A program made the translations under genes and the position numbers. The notes under the pieces were generated by a model. The model worked only from the letters and a program-made list of their open reading frames with translations, searched no databases and was not told the DNA's origin. DNA of 64,000 bases from Octopus vulgaris. Its lineage: Eukaryota. Every line of letters starts with the position of its first letter. Position 1 is the stretch's first letter. Location of the stretch: contig OX597816.1 of the NCBI GenBank assembly GCA_951406725.2, positions 179,986,001 through 180,050,000 on the forward strand, read 5' to 3'. Below are positions 25,696 through 39,650 of this stretch, one piece after another.

Positions 25696-28287
25696 GGTAT
25701 TTAGGGGATTGCAGGAGACATGCTGGTATTTAAGGGATCGATAGACGTTAGGTAGTATATAGGAGATTTAAGTAGATTGTGGTGAATTTATAGGTAACTG
25801 AAGGAGATTATGATGCCACTAATCATTTTATTAATCCAAAGCAAGGAGGGCTAAATTCTACAACAAAGAGAATCAACCTTAAATACCATTAAAAAACAAT
25901 ATGAATGAAGAAAAAGAGTTGTTGCCATCTTGACTGGAACCTGAGGTTCTATGTTTTAAGGGAAGCCATAAAAAGTTCAGATGTCACAATCATATTTTCA
26001 TGGGACTTGGAACAACATATATGAAATAAATTTGCATGAAGCGGAAATTGAAACTTGGTCTCCATCTCCACTCGTAGGTTACTTATCTGTGAGCAGTATA
26101 TATTGGTTTCAATATATAGGGGGAGGGGATAAGTCAGTTACATCGTCTGACTGACAAATTGCCAAAACTAGTCCACATCCATGCTACTTCTTCTCTGCGT
26201 CTCTTCCACCGCCGCCACTTAGGCTTCTTTGCCTCTTCAATTGCATTCACCCATTTTTGCTCATCTAATCATTACTAAAATGCCTCCTTCTCCGCAACCC
26301 TACATGGTTCCATATCTACCTCATCAGAACCTTATTTGTTTTTTGCAATTCTTTATACACTCACGCTTTATTACAGATGTTAACATACAACATTCCAAAC
26401 CGAACATCAATCACATGAATTTCGTCATTCTGGAGAGACTTATGAATCTTGTGGATACCGTCACTGTTTGGGTATCGAGTGAAAGACTTGTATAACTTAA
26501 TATTTCATCTTCCCAGAGTTGATAAATATATGTCAGTAATATGCTGTTATCGATGCGGTCGCCTATATCCTTTCTGTGTGCGGTCTGGTATCACAGTTAC
26601 AAATCAGTATTAATCCCATCGTAAAATTGCAAGTGATAGAATTATAAATGACTCCAAAACGGTTAGTATCCAATCGCTAGCATTTTAAAGAGCGCATGGC
26701 TAAGAAATTTTATTCGCTGTAAATAATAAGTACCGCGTGCAATGAGTTCACAACCTATACAGATAGTTTGATAAAGATATTTAATTCTACGTAACTCACC
26801 TCGTCCACTTGTGGTTAATATGCGATAAATCTAAGAATATTGCCTGTGATAGACCGAGATCGTATCTAGGTGGATACCCATCTCTTTATCTTTAATCATG
26901 CAGCTAAATGCTGTATAATCCGCTATATTTGGACGGGTCATTCATCATTAGAGTGATAGAAGAGCGGTAGAAACGGTAGGGCCGTATTAATTGTTTTACA
27001 ATATTCATCTTATCTTTCTATATGCTGGAGGCAAATTTTGTCGAGATCACCTTTGTCTTTATTCTTTCCACGATCAATAATATAAGTATCATAAATATAG
27101 TGAGGACAGCTGAAAATCTTGTACTCCTTTTTACGAGGATTTAACCTGTTGTGAATCAAGCCAGTATTCTAGATAGCTGATGTGTTGGCAAAAGGAAGTT
27201 TTTTTCTAAAATATCGTTTTTGTTTTACGGCAGAACTGATATATTTCATTCAGTCGTTCAAGAAATGCTTTCCTATTTTATGATACGTGAACCTTACAGC
27301 GTAGACATTTTTTTCTTCTATAAATGTTTTCATAAAATTTGTTAAGTAATGAAATGTATCTAAATTTCTTTTTTAATCGAAAGTTTCTGTACATAAAAAA
27401 AAAAAAACATTGTATTCATTGTTATCAAGTCAATATCAGCCAATAAATACCGAGTGTACATAAGTAGGGCAAAGTTGTTCCACTCTCTAAACACACATCA
27501 ACCAACAAATGGTGGCATAGATTTTGTTGTATATCACATCCGATATTGCTATTGTACATTAACGATAGATGATAGGATCATAATATTTAAATCAATGTTC
27601 TATTAACAACCGGTTTGCCAGAATCTCCATAAAAACTTACCATTCAGATATTTTTCGTTGCTTTTTCTCATCACGACATTCTCTCTTTTGGCTTGGAAAA
27701 CAAAATATTTCAATGAGGTTCTCACTAATAAAGAATTATTTTTTTTTTTTCGATTATTATCATTTTCTCATATTTATTATTTATGAGTGACATCATTTGG
27801 TGTTGAGCTGAATTTGTAACCTGGTTTTACTTGTTGAATTTTATTGTAGTTCATTTTACTTATAATGTTTCGTTCATTTGAAAAGCATACAAGTCACGAC
27901 TTTCTAAACTTTCTCAATTGAGAAGTTATTACGTACAATTACTTGTTGGTGAATGGCACTAGTCATGAAAACTGGAACACATTTATTGCCTAGATAAATG
28001 GGGAATGGTTGTATCGTTAACGAGCAGAGATTTGCTTTGACGCTACCACTTAACTTATTTGTATCGTCCCAATAACGATAGAGGACAAGGTTGATTTGGA
28101 CAGGATTTGATCGAGACATGAAGGTATTCTGTCTGATGGTCGATCGTTTCTCTCAATCTACAATCCCTTTTAAATATTTTATTATTCAATTATTTTAACG
28201 TATTGCTATTCAAAGCAAAGAAGTACGGATGTATGTGGCTGTGTGCATGCGTATGTGCATATTAGTGTATGTACACGAGCGCGTGTA

Positions 28288-28322
<35 letters not shown>

Positions 28323-28444
28323 TCGCTTGTAAGTGTTACTGGTAACTTGTGACCCAGAAAATCCCTGCTGCCTGATCAGTTCATCAGCGACCAAACTAAC
28401 TGTTTACTCGATGCAGTGGTTTTGCATACCCTGCCGGATTAAAA

Positions 28445-29065
28445 ACAATACACCCGTCTCAGTTTACCTGCCACATTTTGAATTCGGCCTGGAACTCGTA
28501 TTCTGCAAGCGAGTCGACGACCTTCTGCGATTCGCTCTGGATCTTGGCAATGGTGTTAAAACGGCGACCTTTGAGCTGCATTTTCATCTTGGAAAAGAGA
28601 TGGAAGTCCGCAGGTGCTAACGCTGGTGTATAGGGCGGGTGCGAAGCGGTAGCATGTTGTTTTTGGCGAGAAACTTACGAGTGAGGAGAACTCAGTGACA
28701 AGGTATATCAAAACGTCGCAGTAGAACTCTCGATTGACAGTCCGGCTTTGGGGGACGAATTCTCGAAGCTGAATACCGCGGGGGAGGGAAAAAAGAACGA
28801 TGAGCATGCTCTTGATTGAACTACGACTCTATCGTGTTTTCTTCGGTCGTGGAGATGAAGGACTCTTCCATTGTGACGATTCTTGTCACCGGTGATCATC
28901 CTGAACATGGAGGATGGATCATCAGCGGCACGCTGACGGAAGTCTTGACAGACTTCGACGCAATATTCTTTCTGCTCATTGGTCAGCAGGGGGCGGGGGA
29001 CAAGCTTAGCAGAGACACATCGCATGTTCAATTCAGAACTAGTCGGGAAGTTTTTTATACCAACG
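28445..29065 (-). mobile_element. Mariner relic, same family as 18170-18969, internally deleted
   Basis: LNMRCVSAKLVPR, MITGDK, REFVPQSRTVNREFYCDVL and ALAPADF; 5' TIR-like tggtataaaaaacttcccgactagt. Confidence 0.85.
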
Positions 29066-29193
29066 GCTGAGGATTAGCATCACACTTTGAAACTCGGAAT
29101 ACCAAGGAATTTGAATCAAAATGTTTTGATCCATACACGTAACTCCAAATAAAAGTGTTCAGCACTCGTCTTTCGTTTGTTCGCTCACTCATA

Positions 29194-29281
<88 letters not shown>

Positions 29282-29418
29282 AGTGTGTGTGTGCATGTGT
29301 GTATCATGTGATCACGTGATCGACCAGGCCATCAGATGTTGCTACACATCGCTGGTCACAATGCGCTTCGCATTGTTTAAGCCTCCAATGACGCCGCCCC
29401 GCTGGCTAAGCGAGCAGG

Positions 29419-29477
<59 letters not shown>

Positions 29478-29724
29478 ATATATAATGAAAGGAAAATGGA
29501 GATTTTAAATTGACATATGTTAATTTATTAACGCAATATTATATTATTAATTGCTGGCCCCCGTACCTTCAAAAGTGACGGCTAATTGTAGTGTTTTATA
29601 TATAAATATGGATGGAAAATCAAGTTAATACACTTGTAAATGTTATATACATGTACTCACACAGAGTTGAAACGCTGCTAGATTTTTCTTTGCAGCGTTG
29701 AATGTTCACCATCCCACATCCATT

Positions 29725-29780
<56 letters not shown>

Positions 29781-29985
29781 TCATAAACCACTCTTTTACA
29801 TATACACACATACTAACATAGAGTTGAAACGCTCCTACTACCAGTTTGCCATCCCCCCTTCCTTTCTCATTTATATGTTGTGACGGATAAAACACAATAG
29901 TATTATTATAGTAAGAAGATTATGATATAAAAATAAATAAATAAAAATGGATAAATATTCATTTTCATATTATATTATAATAATA

Positions 29986-30381
29986 GGCGCAGGAGTGGCT
30001 GTGTGGTAAGTAGCTTGTTTACCAACCACATGGTTCCGGGTTCAGTCCCACTGCATGGCACCTTGGGCAAGTGTCTTCTACTATAGCCTCGGGCCGACCA
30101 AAGCCTTGTGAGTGGATTTGGTAGACGGAAACTGAAAGAAGCCCGTCGTATATATGTATATATGTATATATGTGTGTTTGTGTGTGTCTGTGTTTGTCCC
30201 CCTAGCATTGCTTGACAACCGATGCTGGTGTGTTTATGTCCCCGTTACTTAGCGGTTCGGCAAAAGAGATCGATAGAATAAGTACTGGGCTTACAAAAGA
30301 ATAAGTCCCGGGGTCGAGTTGCTCGATTAAAGGCGGTGCTCCAGCATGGCCGCAGTCAAATGACTGAAACGAGTAAAAGAG
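29986..30381 (+). mobile_element. CORE-type tRNA SINE, full length
   Basis: Complete head, CORE-like segment and tail. Confidence 0.93.
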
Positions 30382-30705
30382 TATTATGTTAATAGATTAA
30401 CATATGTCAATTTAAACTCTCTATTTTCCTTTTATTGTTGTACATTGTGTATATACACCCATTTGTATTAGAGAAATTTTCCAACACTAGGTATTGACTA
30501 GTTAGCCAGTGAAAACTGGATGCTTTACATCCCTATAAGAGGAACTTGCATTGGATATGTGTGTGTGTGTATACATGTGTGTGAGTGAATATATGTATGC
30601 ATATATATGTATATATGTATATATATATATATATATATTAGTAAAAACGGTAAGATAACAAAAGAAAGAAGGAGACCTTGATATTATGTAAATAGAGGAA
30701 TTTAT

Positions 30706-30930
30706 CTGTAAATGTAATATGTGACAATTATTCGGTAGCCATGATAAAACTCTGAGTTTCGGATGCCGAGGTGGAAATCCAAACTACCATCTCTTCAGTT
30801 ATCCGGCCATCGGAAAAAACCTCCGATGGCCGGATAATTGAAGAGATGGTAGTGTGGATTTCCATCTCGGCATCCGAAACTCAGAGTTTTATCTTGGCTA
30901 CCGAATAATTGTCACATATTACATTTACAG
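30706..30930. repeat. Near-perfect palindrome (109-bp arms, 7-nt loop) made of two head-to-head hammerhead-bearing pLTR pieces
   Basis: 30706-30814 versus 30822-30930, four mismatches. Each arm reads gataa-(C/T)TGAAGA-gatg...catc-CGAAA-ctcagag-TT-ttatc. Confidence 0.9.
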
Positions 30931-31030
<100 letters not shown>

Positions 31031-31034
31031 TAAC

Positions 31035-33300
31035 CAGATGCTCCAAATCACACGGGCCTATTCGAAGAGTGTCTTTCAAGAATAGAAGAGGTCTGACCAA
31101 AGTAGAAGAGCTCGTCAGTGTACCTTTCGTGGGAAACTCCAATCTTCCCAATGTGGAATGAGCTGAAGGCCTTTTCCTCTCAGGAATGACGCATTGTGAG
31201 CAGAATCAGGTAGAATCCCTGCTCAACCTCACCAACAAGTTATACATGGACCAAGTAATATTCCAACCGGGGAAAACAATATACTTGATCTCTGCTTCAC
31301 AGACAATGTGGATATCGTCCACAGTGTGAAAGTGACTCCGACACTAATCTCTGATCACAACATACTAGAGCTGACCATGTATGGACCAAATGAATCCACA
31401 GACATACAGCCTATGAGAAGCACCCAAAATCTATCCAATCTGAACTACCACAAAGCAGACTGGAAATCAATTGCGAGAGAGATCACCAAATAGGACTGGT
31501 CCCAGTGTCTCACTACATCTGAGATAAACATGAAATTGAAAACCTTCATGTCCATAATGCAAGCCATATGCTGCAATTTTGTTCCAGGGAGAAGAGTCAC
31601 TGCACATAAAAACAAGGTTTCCAAGGAGAGAACAGTTCTTATAAGACGACATACAAAGATTCTCAAAAGAGAACTCAATGGCAGTGAGAAATCCCACTTG
31701 GAAACAGCTGGAGACTGAGAAGCAACTGAAGATCTCCCATGAGAAGGAAAGATCAGACAGAGACATCTGGGTCATAAGAAATTTAAAATCAGACTCTAAA
31801 GCCTTCTTTAGATACTCCAAGGAGATTGCTTCTGTGTATTGCAGGCTAGGGCCACTACTCCAAAAAGATGGCTTCCTCGCAGGAAACCCAATGTGGGTAA
31901 GTGAAAATTGAATGAACTGTTCAAAAAGGTCTTTACTCCACCCCTACGGCACATGCTAGTTTGCAAACTTGTAGAATTGTTTACTGCTACAGAAGCTGAG
32001 CAGAAAGCAGTAACAATTGAATATATTAACATCAAGGAAAAGGATACAATGCTGGCAATAGATGCAAACTCATCAGCTGGCCCTGATAAATTCCCAACAA
32101 ACGAGTCCTTCCAAAACCATTGTAGCTACTTTTTCAGAGCTACCTCCTGAATGGTAAGCTCCCTGACAAACGAAAGGAGGGAATAATATGCTTTATCCGT
32201 AAAGGAGGAAGCACATGCTAAAAACTACAGGCCTATTTCTCTGATTTCACACACCAGCAAACTCATGGAACAAATAGTCCGAAGGAAATTAATTGCATTC
32301 CTTGAAGAGAATGACTTGCTGACTGACACCTAGCATAGATTTTGATCAGGTGAAAGCTGCTTGACACAGCTCTTGCAGTATCACGACTAAGTGCTAGAGT
32401 AACTCCACAATAACTCAAATGCGGAGGTGATGTACCTCGACTTTGCAAAAGCCTTCGACAAAGTCGACCATGGTATGATTTGTCACAAGCTGCGTAATCT
32501 AGGCATAGGTTGGAAAACTTAGAGAATGGCTACATGACCTTCTAAAAGATAAGGGTGGTCAATAGGGCCTCCTCCGACGAAACACAAATAATGAGTGGTG
32601 TTCCATAGGACACTGTTTTGGGACCGCTGCTATTTCTAGTGGCCCTCAGCTGCTCAAGTAACCACCCTTGCTAGCTATGCAGACGACACAAAAGTCTCTC
32701 ATGGGATAGTGAATCCTGGAAACGTTGTGCATCTACAACGTGAGTTCGACGCAGTATACACGTAGGCTGAGGGAAATAGCATGCAATTTAATGCTGGAAA
32801 ATTGGAAACCCTGCGCTACCAACACAGGAAGCTCAATGAAAAGCAGATAGGATACACTGGCCCATGAAAGGTCGCAATCCATGAATCAAAATCAGTGCAT
32901 GACCTGGACATCGACATGAGTAATGATGCATCTTTCCAGGTGCACATTACCAAGACGCTTGGTCGGATAGATCCTTCGAACTTTCAAAACAAAAGAAAAG
33001 AAAACCATGATGGTCTTCCGTTCTCAGTCGTCTGGATTACTGCTCCCAACTGTAGTCACCAAACTGTAAAATTAACGACAGAAACCAGATGCTGCAACAG
33101 CTTGAGTTTCAAAGGCCCACAGCTCTTCAATAGCCTCTCACAAAGCCTGAGAGACCTGCATGATGTGGATGTAGGCTTTTTCAAAACGAAACTGCATCTT
33201 CTTCTGTCAAGAGTTCCAGATAGACCTATCTCAAGACGTTTATTGAAAGTAACCGGCGTTGTCCCAGCATGGCCACAGTCAATGGACTGAAATGAAAAAG
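31035..33300 (+). mobile_element. CR1-type LINE (APE C-terminus + RT), decayed
   Basis: [17 protein letters not shown]...LISDHNILEL, SSAGPDKFP, NYRPISLISHTSKLME, YLDFAKAFDKVDHG, SGVP*DTVLGPLLF, YADDTK and GPQLFNSL; many stops and frameshifts. Confidence 0.9.
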
Positions 33301-33569
33301 AAATATATACAAATATATATATTTGTGCGTGTACAAGTATATTGTATGTCCATACATACATATACATACACACACACACATATATATATATATTATATTT
33401 ATATAGACATGTATATATATATATATATATTATATTATATATATATATATTATATTATATTATATTATATATATATACATGTATATGTATATTATATATG
33501 TAAATATTTATATATTCATGTATATACTATATATATATATTATATATATATATATATATATATGTTATA

Positions 33570-34450
33570 TAAAAAATGTAACAACAAAGCCAAGGCTGTA
33601 TGGAATTTTCAGGACATTTATAAAAAAAAAGTTAGACTTACAGCTGTTTCTGGGATATAAAGGATATCCCTTCATGGGAGACGATGTGAAATGGTTAAAC
33701 AGAGGGGAAATGGTAGGGTTCAATATAACGAATTATTTGGGAAATGAGTGGAAATAAGCAGTATAAAAGGAAATAAGAGAATAAAAGTAAAAATAAAAAT
33801 ATATGTAGGATGTTATAGTTGCAGGTCCATTATCCAAGGGAAGTGGTGTGTAGAAGTGGTAGATATGGTTCTTGTCCATGACATGTAAATTCCGATAAGA
33901 GTTCATATTTTGTCATTACGAATGGAAAGTATGGAGTAGTTTCCATGTGCTGTTCATTCAAAGGGGTCTTGTAGTGTGAGTGAAATTTTGAGAACGTAAT
34001 GGGAGTATTAAGTAGATAGACGGGAGAGAAAAGATGTGTATGTTAAAATGAGGAGAATGGTCAAAAGGAATGGGTGAGGAAAGAAGAAAGAAAAAGAAAG
34101 AAAGAGGAAGAAAAAACGAAAAATGGAGTGAAGAGAAAATGAAAAATGGAGTGGGGATGGGAGAGGAGTGTTATGAGGGGGACGGGAGAGGAGGAGGGGA
34201 AGGGTATGAAAAGATAAGAATGTAAGGAATGAATATGTGTGAGGAGTTGGTGTGGGTGATATGTTTGAAAGGCACTAAGGTAGAGGGGTGGGTACAGAGA
34301 ATTGTACAGGGGGTTACTAAAGTAAGTAAGTAGTAAACCTCAAAAAGGAAGGGAAGAATAATAAGATATAATGGTCAAGTTTCTAAACGGAGGTGTTTAT
34401 TGTACTGGCTAATGTGATAGTGGGGGATGAGGAATCAGAGAAAGAAAGAA
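33570..34450 (-). mobile_element. Probable PLE pLTR/3' remnant with degenerate hammerhead (33635-33682)
   Basis: Minus strand gtct-CCCATGA-agggata..tatccc-a-GAAA-CAGCTG-TA, with palindromic stem III; next to a TA-rich tract. Confidence 0.5.
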
Positions 34451-34625
34451 GTGTTTATTGATATACGCACGCGCACACACACGCTCATCCATAGATATAT
34501 GCATACACATATACACATGCGTACATATACACACATACACACATATGCATATACAAATACACACACACACCTATATACAGTAGTACCTCGGTTTTCAAAC
34601 AACTCTGATCGCAATGAAATCGTAC

Positions 34626-34691
<66 letters not shown>

Positions 34692-34905
34692 CATGTATGT
34701 GGTGTTCGGGATATGTACTGTTTGGTGATTTAGGTTGCATTTAGATTTGTGGTAAAATTTGAAGGTATGAAAAGAGCGGTGGTTGCATGTACCTAGGACC
34801 TCATTATATTTATTTAGTATTATTGAAGAGTTGTGTCTTAATATGTATAGGCATAGCTTAGAGGGTAAGCGTTGACCCTGGTATGGAAGCCCTAAATCTA
34901 GTATG

Positions 34906-34958
<53 letters not shown>

Positions 34959-34963
34959 ATATA

Positions 34964-35605
34964 GGCGCAGGTGTGGCTGTGTAGTAAGAAGCTTGTTTTC
35001 CAACCACATGGTTCCATGTTCAGTCCCACTGCGTGGCACCTTGGGCAAGTGTTTTCCACTGCAGCCTCGGGGCGACCAAAGCCTTGTGAATGGATTTGTT
35101 TGACGGAAACTGAAAGAGGCCCATCGTGTGTATGTATGTATGTATGTATGTATGTATGTATGTATGTATGTGTGTATGTATGTATGTATGTATGTATGTG
35201 TTTGTATGTATGTATGTATGTATGTATGTATGTATGTATGTATGTATGTATGTGTGTATGTATGTATGTATGTATGTGTGTATGTATGTTTGTATGTATG
35301 TATGTATGTATGTATGTATGTATGTGTTTGTATGTATGTATGTATGTATGTATGTATGTATGTATGTATGTATGTATGTATGTGTGTTTGTATGTATGTA
35401 TATGTCCGTGTGTCTGTGTTTGTCTCCCCACCATAGTTTGACAACCATGTTGGTGTGTTTACGTCCCCGTAACTTCGCGGTTCGGCACAAAAGACGGATA
35501 GAATATGTACTAAGCTTACAAAGAACAAGATTCGTTCGACTAAAGGCGGTGCTCCAGCATCGCCGCGGTCAAATGACTGAAACAAATAAAAGAGTAAAAG
35601 AATAA
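34964..35605 (+). mobile_element. CORE-type tRNA SINE with expanded internal (ATGT)n
   Basis: Head at 34964, tail aaatgactgaaacaaataaaagagtaaaag. Confidence 0.9.
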
Positions 35606-35819
35606 AGGAATATATATACACATATATCATAATACATGTATGTGTGTGTTTATATATGTCTGTCATTAAGAAAGTGCTTCTGTGGCTACTGAGCTGTTTT
35701 GACTCTTATTTCTGGGAACCCTTAGCACCTGAATGTGATCGATTATTTAGACACAAATATGCAGACGTGTGTTATAGTAGACTTAATATAGACCTATATT
35801 TGATTAGTATTGTGTTTGT

Positions 35820-37560
35820 CGACAGTCTGAAGGACAAAATTAAAGTTGGCATTGGCGGAATTTGAATCTCAGACGTAAGGGAAAGGTCCGTTGTTAAATA
35901 CCACGAAGTATTTGTTTTTTGCGCTCTTTTAATTTTACTACTGCCCTTCGTAGGTAATTAATAGTGATCTCAAATTTTGGCACAAGACCAGCAATTTCGG
36001 ATAGGGAGTTAAAGTTGATTACATCAATCCCAGTGCTCAACTGATACTTTTTTTATTAACCCCCGAAGATAAAAGGCTAAGTCGACCTCGGCGAACTTTG
36101 GACTTGAAGAGATGCCGCTAAGCATTTTTTTGCGTCGTAATAATGATTCTGCCATCTCACTGTTTTTTTTACTATAGGCATAAAACCTGAGATTAGCGGG
36201 CAAACTAATCGATTACATCGACCCCAGTACTCAACTTGTACTTATTCTATCAATCCCGAAAAGATGAAAGACAAAGTCGACTTCGGCGGAATTTGAACTC
36301 AGAACGTGAAGACGGACAAAATACTGCTATGAATTGTTCTTGGAGTGCCAATTCGCCACATAACAGGTAAAAATAAAATCTTTTAAATTTATTACATATT
36401 GTTTTGAATAAAGGCGGTCAGCTGGCAGAATCGTTACCACGTCGGGCAAAATCCTTAGCAGCATTTCGCCCATCTTCACGTTTAAGTTCAAATTCCGCCG
36501 AGGTCGACTTGGCCTTTCATGCTATCGAGATCGACAAAATAAGTACCCGTTGAACTCTGGGTCGATGTAATCGAATTACCCTACCCCAAAATTGTTGGCC
36601 TTGTGCCAAAATCTGAAACGAATATTTACTTATGAATATAGGTGGCAAACTGGGGAAATCGTTAGCACGCCAGCTCGCCGCCTTTATTCTTTCGTTCTTC
36701 GTGTTTTGAGTTAAAATTCTGCCGAGGTCGACTTACACTGGGGTGGATATCTATTTCTTTATTGCCCACAAGGGGCTAAACATAGAGGGGACAAACAAAG
36801 ACAGACAAAGGGATTAAGTCGATTACATTGACCCCAGTGCGAAACTGGTACTTTATTTATCGACCCCGAAAGGATGAAAGGCAAAGTCGACCTCGGCGGA
36901 ATTTGAACTCAGAACGTAACGACAGACAAAATACCTATTTCTTTATTACCCACAAGGGGCTACACACAGAGGGGACAAACAAGGACAGACATAGGTATTA
37001 AGTCGATTACATCGACCCCAGTGCGTAACTGGTACTTTATTTATCGACCCCGAGAGGATGAAAGGCAAAGTCGACCCCGGCGGAAATTGAACTCAGAACG
37101 TAACGACAGACGAAATACCGCTAAGTATTTCGTCCGGCGCGCTAACGTTTCTGCCAGCTCGCCGCTTTACTGGGGTGGATATAATCAACAAGCCCTTTCG
37201 CTAAGATTGCTTGCCTTGTGCCAAAATATAAAACCAAGTAACTTGAATGTCCACTGATGCAGTATTTTACTTGTTTTCTGATCGTCTTATATCGAATAAA
37301 TATCTAGCTAATATTTACGGCGAGCAAATCATTTCGTGCTAATTCCATGAAGGTGACGAGCTGGTAGAATCAGTAGCATGCAGGTCGAAATGCTTAGCAG
37401 CATTTCGTCCGCTTTATGTCCTGAGTTCAAATTCTGCCGCGGTCGACTTTGCCTTTCATCCTTTCAAAGTCAATAAAGTAAGTACCAGCTCTGGGGACGA
37501 TTTAATCGACTTACCTCCATTCTCAAATTTGCTGGCCTTGTGCCAAAAATTGAAACGAAT
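35820..37560. mobile_element. Cluster of >=7 Nin-domain tRNA SINE copies, both strands, partly nested
   Basis: Repeated gtcgactttgcctttcatcctttcggggtcgataaaataagtaccag and its complement, e.g. 36412-36625 (+), 36751-37168 (-, dimer with 14-bp TSD) and 37350-37560 (+). Confidence 0.9.
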
Positions 37561-38481
37561 GTCTTGACGAAGCAAGCAGAATTCGAACACTTACCGTGAA
37601 GTAGCTGTTTCCACAGTAAAACTGGTTCGTTGTGTTAAAATCACGGTAGCTCTAGCGAATTCGAAGTCGTAGCAATCATCTCAGCTGCTCTCAAAATGAA
37701 CCAGTTATACTGTATTAAATCCACGCTGCTTACAATGAAATTTGAATTTAAATCAGGCTGTAAACTAGCTGTTGTTACATTGAAATTAGTCAAATCATGT
37801 TAATGAAACTCAAACACGTGAATCTCTGCAGCCTGCATTATTTCCTCTACTCTAAAACATCCATGATATCGGCAGAATGAAGAAAAGGAAATCAATTTCA
37901 AGTTGAGCTTTAAAGGTTTCCTATTCGGTGATTTGGGGCAACTCTGCTGAAGGACAATATTGCCTGGCAGACAGTAAGATAGGTGTAAGATAGTTATTAG
38001 CGAAATGTATGTTTCACTCAAGTATATTTCATTATTGTCTACTGGTGTAATATTCTTTCCAAGTAGTTTATTTCCGAATACGATTCCAACTAAAGTAGCA
38101 GCAATTTCACTCCAAAGTCTTCCTATTTTCTATCACATACTCCTCCCACCTCTCTCTCTCCCTCTTCCTCCTTCTCTCTCCTTCTTTCTCCCTCTCTCTC
38201 CCTCTTCTCCCTCTCTCTCCCTCTCTCTCCCTCTCTCTCCCTCCCTCTTTCTTCCTTCCCCCTCTCTCTCTCTAACAAAATACACACATCTACACGATAC
38301 CTCTCACAAATATCCTATAATTCATATTCTCACACAATTCTCATATGTATCCCCCACTCATTCTATCCTGCTCCTAACTCCATTCTTTCTCTCTTCTATC
38401 ATTCAATCTCTCCATTTTTCTCTTTCTCTATCACACACACACACACACATACAGAGTAATCTCCTCCCTAGCGTATCTTTA

Positions 38482-38513
<32 letters not shown>

Positions 38514-39001
38514 ACACCTATCACTTTCTCTTTCTCTCTTGTTTTTCCTTCCTCCTCTCTCTATTTCTACATTACCCTCTATTTCAATATTCATTTTCTC
38601 TTCCTCATCTAATCCCTGAATTTCTCACTAAACCTCACATTTCTCATTACATCTTATTTCATAGCTTATCTTGTTGGATTATCCTTATTATTCTATTTGC
38701 CGTCGATGAGGGTGGTGTTGGAGGCCAGAAAAAAAAGCAAACAAACAAACAAAAAGCCCCCCCCAAAAAACTATCACAGCATAAACCAAAATTTCAGAAA
38801 CAACAATTACATCACCATTAGTCTATCACTAGTACAACTACTAATAATTATAACAAACAAACGAAAACCACTGCACCGTTATCTATATACTCTATTGTAT
38901 ATACGACTATATTCTCTAGCTTAATAAATAATCGACACATATTTTTGGCTTTATTAATGTTATTATAGAGAGCCAGGAGGAGAGAGAGAGGTTACACGAG
39001 A

Positions 39002-39065
<64 letters not shown>

Positions 39066-39309
39066 GTGTATCAATGAGGTACTTTCACGTGGTTCGCCCA
39101 ATTTTCTAGAAATAGCAATAGAAACCAATTCCCACCCAATTACACAATAACATCTTAAAAGAAAAGGACAATGCTGTGCAAGATATACTGCATCCGAAAT
39201 AAATAAACGTTGAATCATCACCGTTGGAATAGCTTTGCTCTTTGGGACGGCTTGATCCGATCGATCTGAGCTAACCAACAACATATACTGGCGCAAAGGT
39301 TTCGAAACT

Positions 39310-39413
39310 GGTAAAAAAAACTGCTGATTCTTTTCACGATCTGAAAAGTTACAGGTGCCTAAACAGATAACGGTTGTCAAGCGATGGAGTTGGTGGAAAA
39401 CACTGGCACAAAG

Positions 39414-39505
<92 letters not shown>

Positions 39506-39650
39506 CACACATACACGACGGGCTAACACAGTTTCTATTTACCAAATTTACTCATAAGGCATTGGTCGGCTCAGGACTATTGTAGAATACACTGGCTCAG
39601 ATGGCGTGCAGTGAAAATCAACCGAACACCACGTGATTGCAAAGCAAGCT
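39310..39650 (-). mobile_element. Decayed CORE-type SINE
   Basis: accaaatttactcataaggcattggtcggc matches the family complement; internal (CA)n. Confidence 0.7.

Noticed and set aside
22790-26500. Faint LINE-like peptides (22790-23120, 23290-23560, 26170-26480)
   Set aside because: Similarity too weak to assign by eye; needs a RepeatMasker or HMM search.
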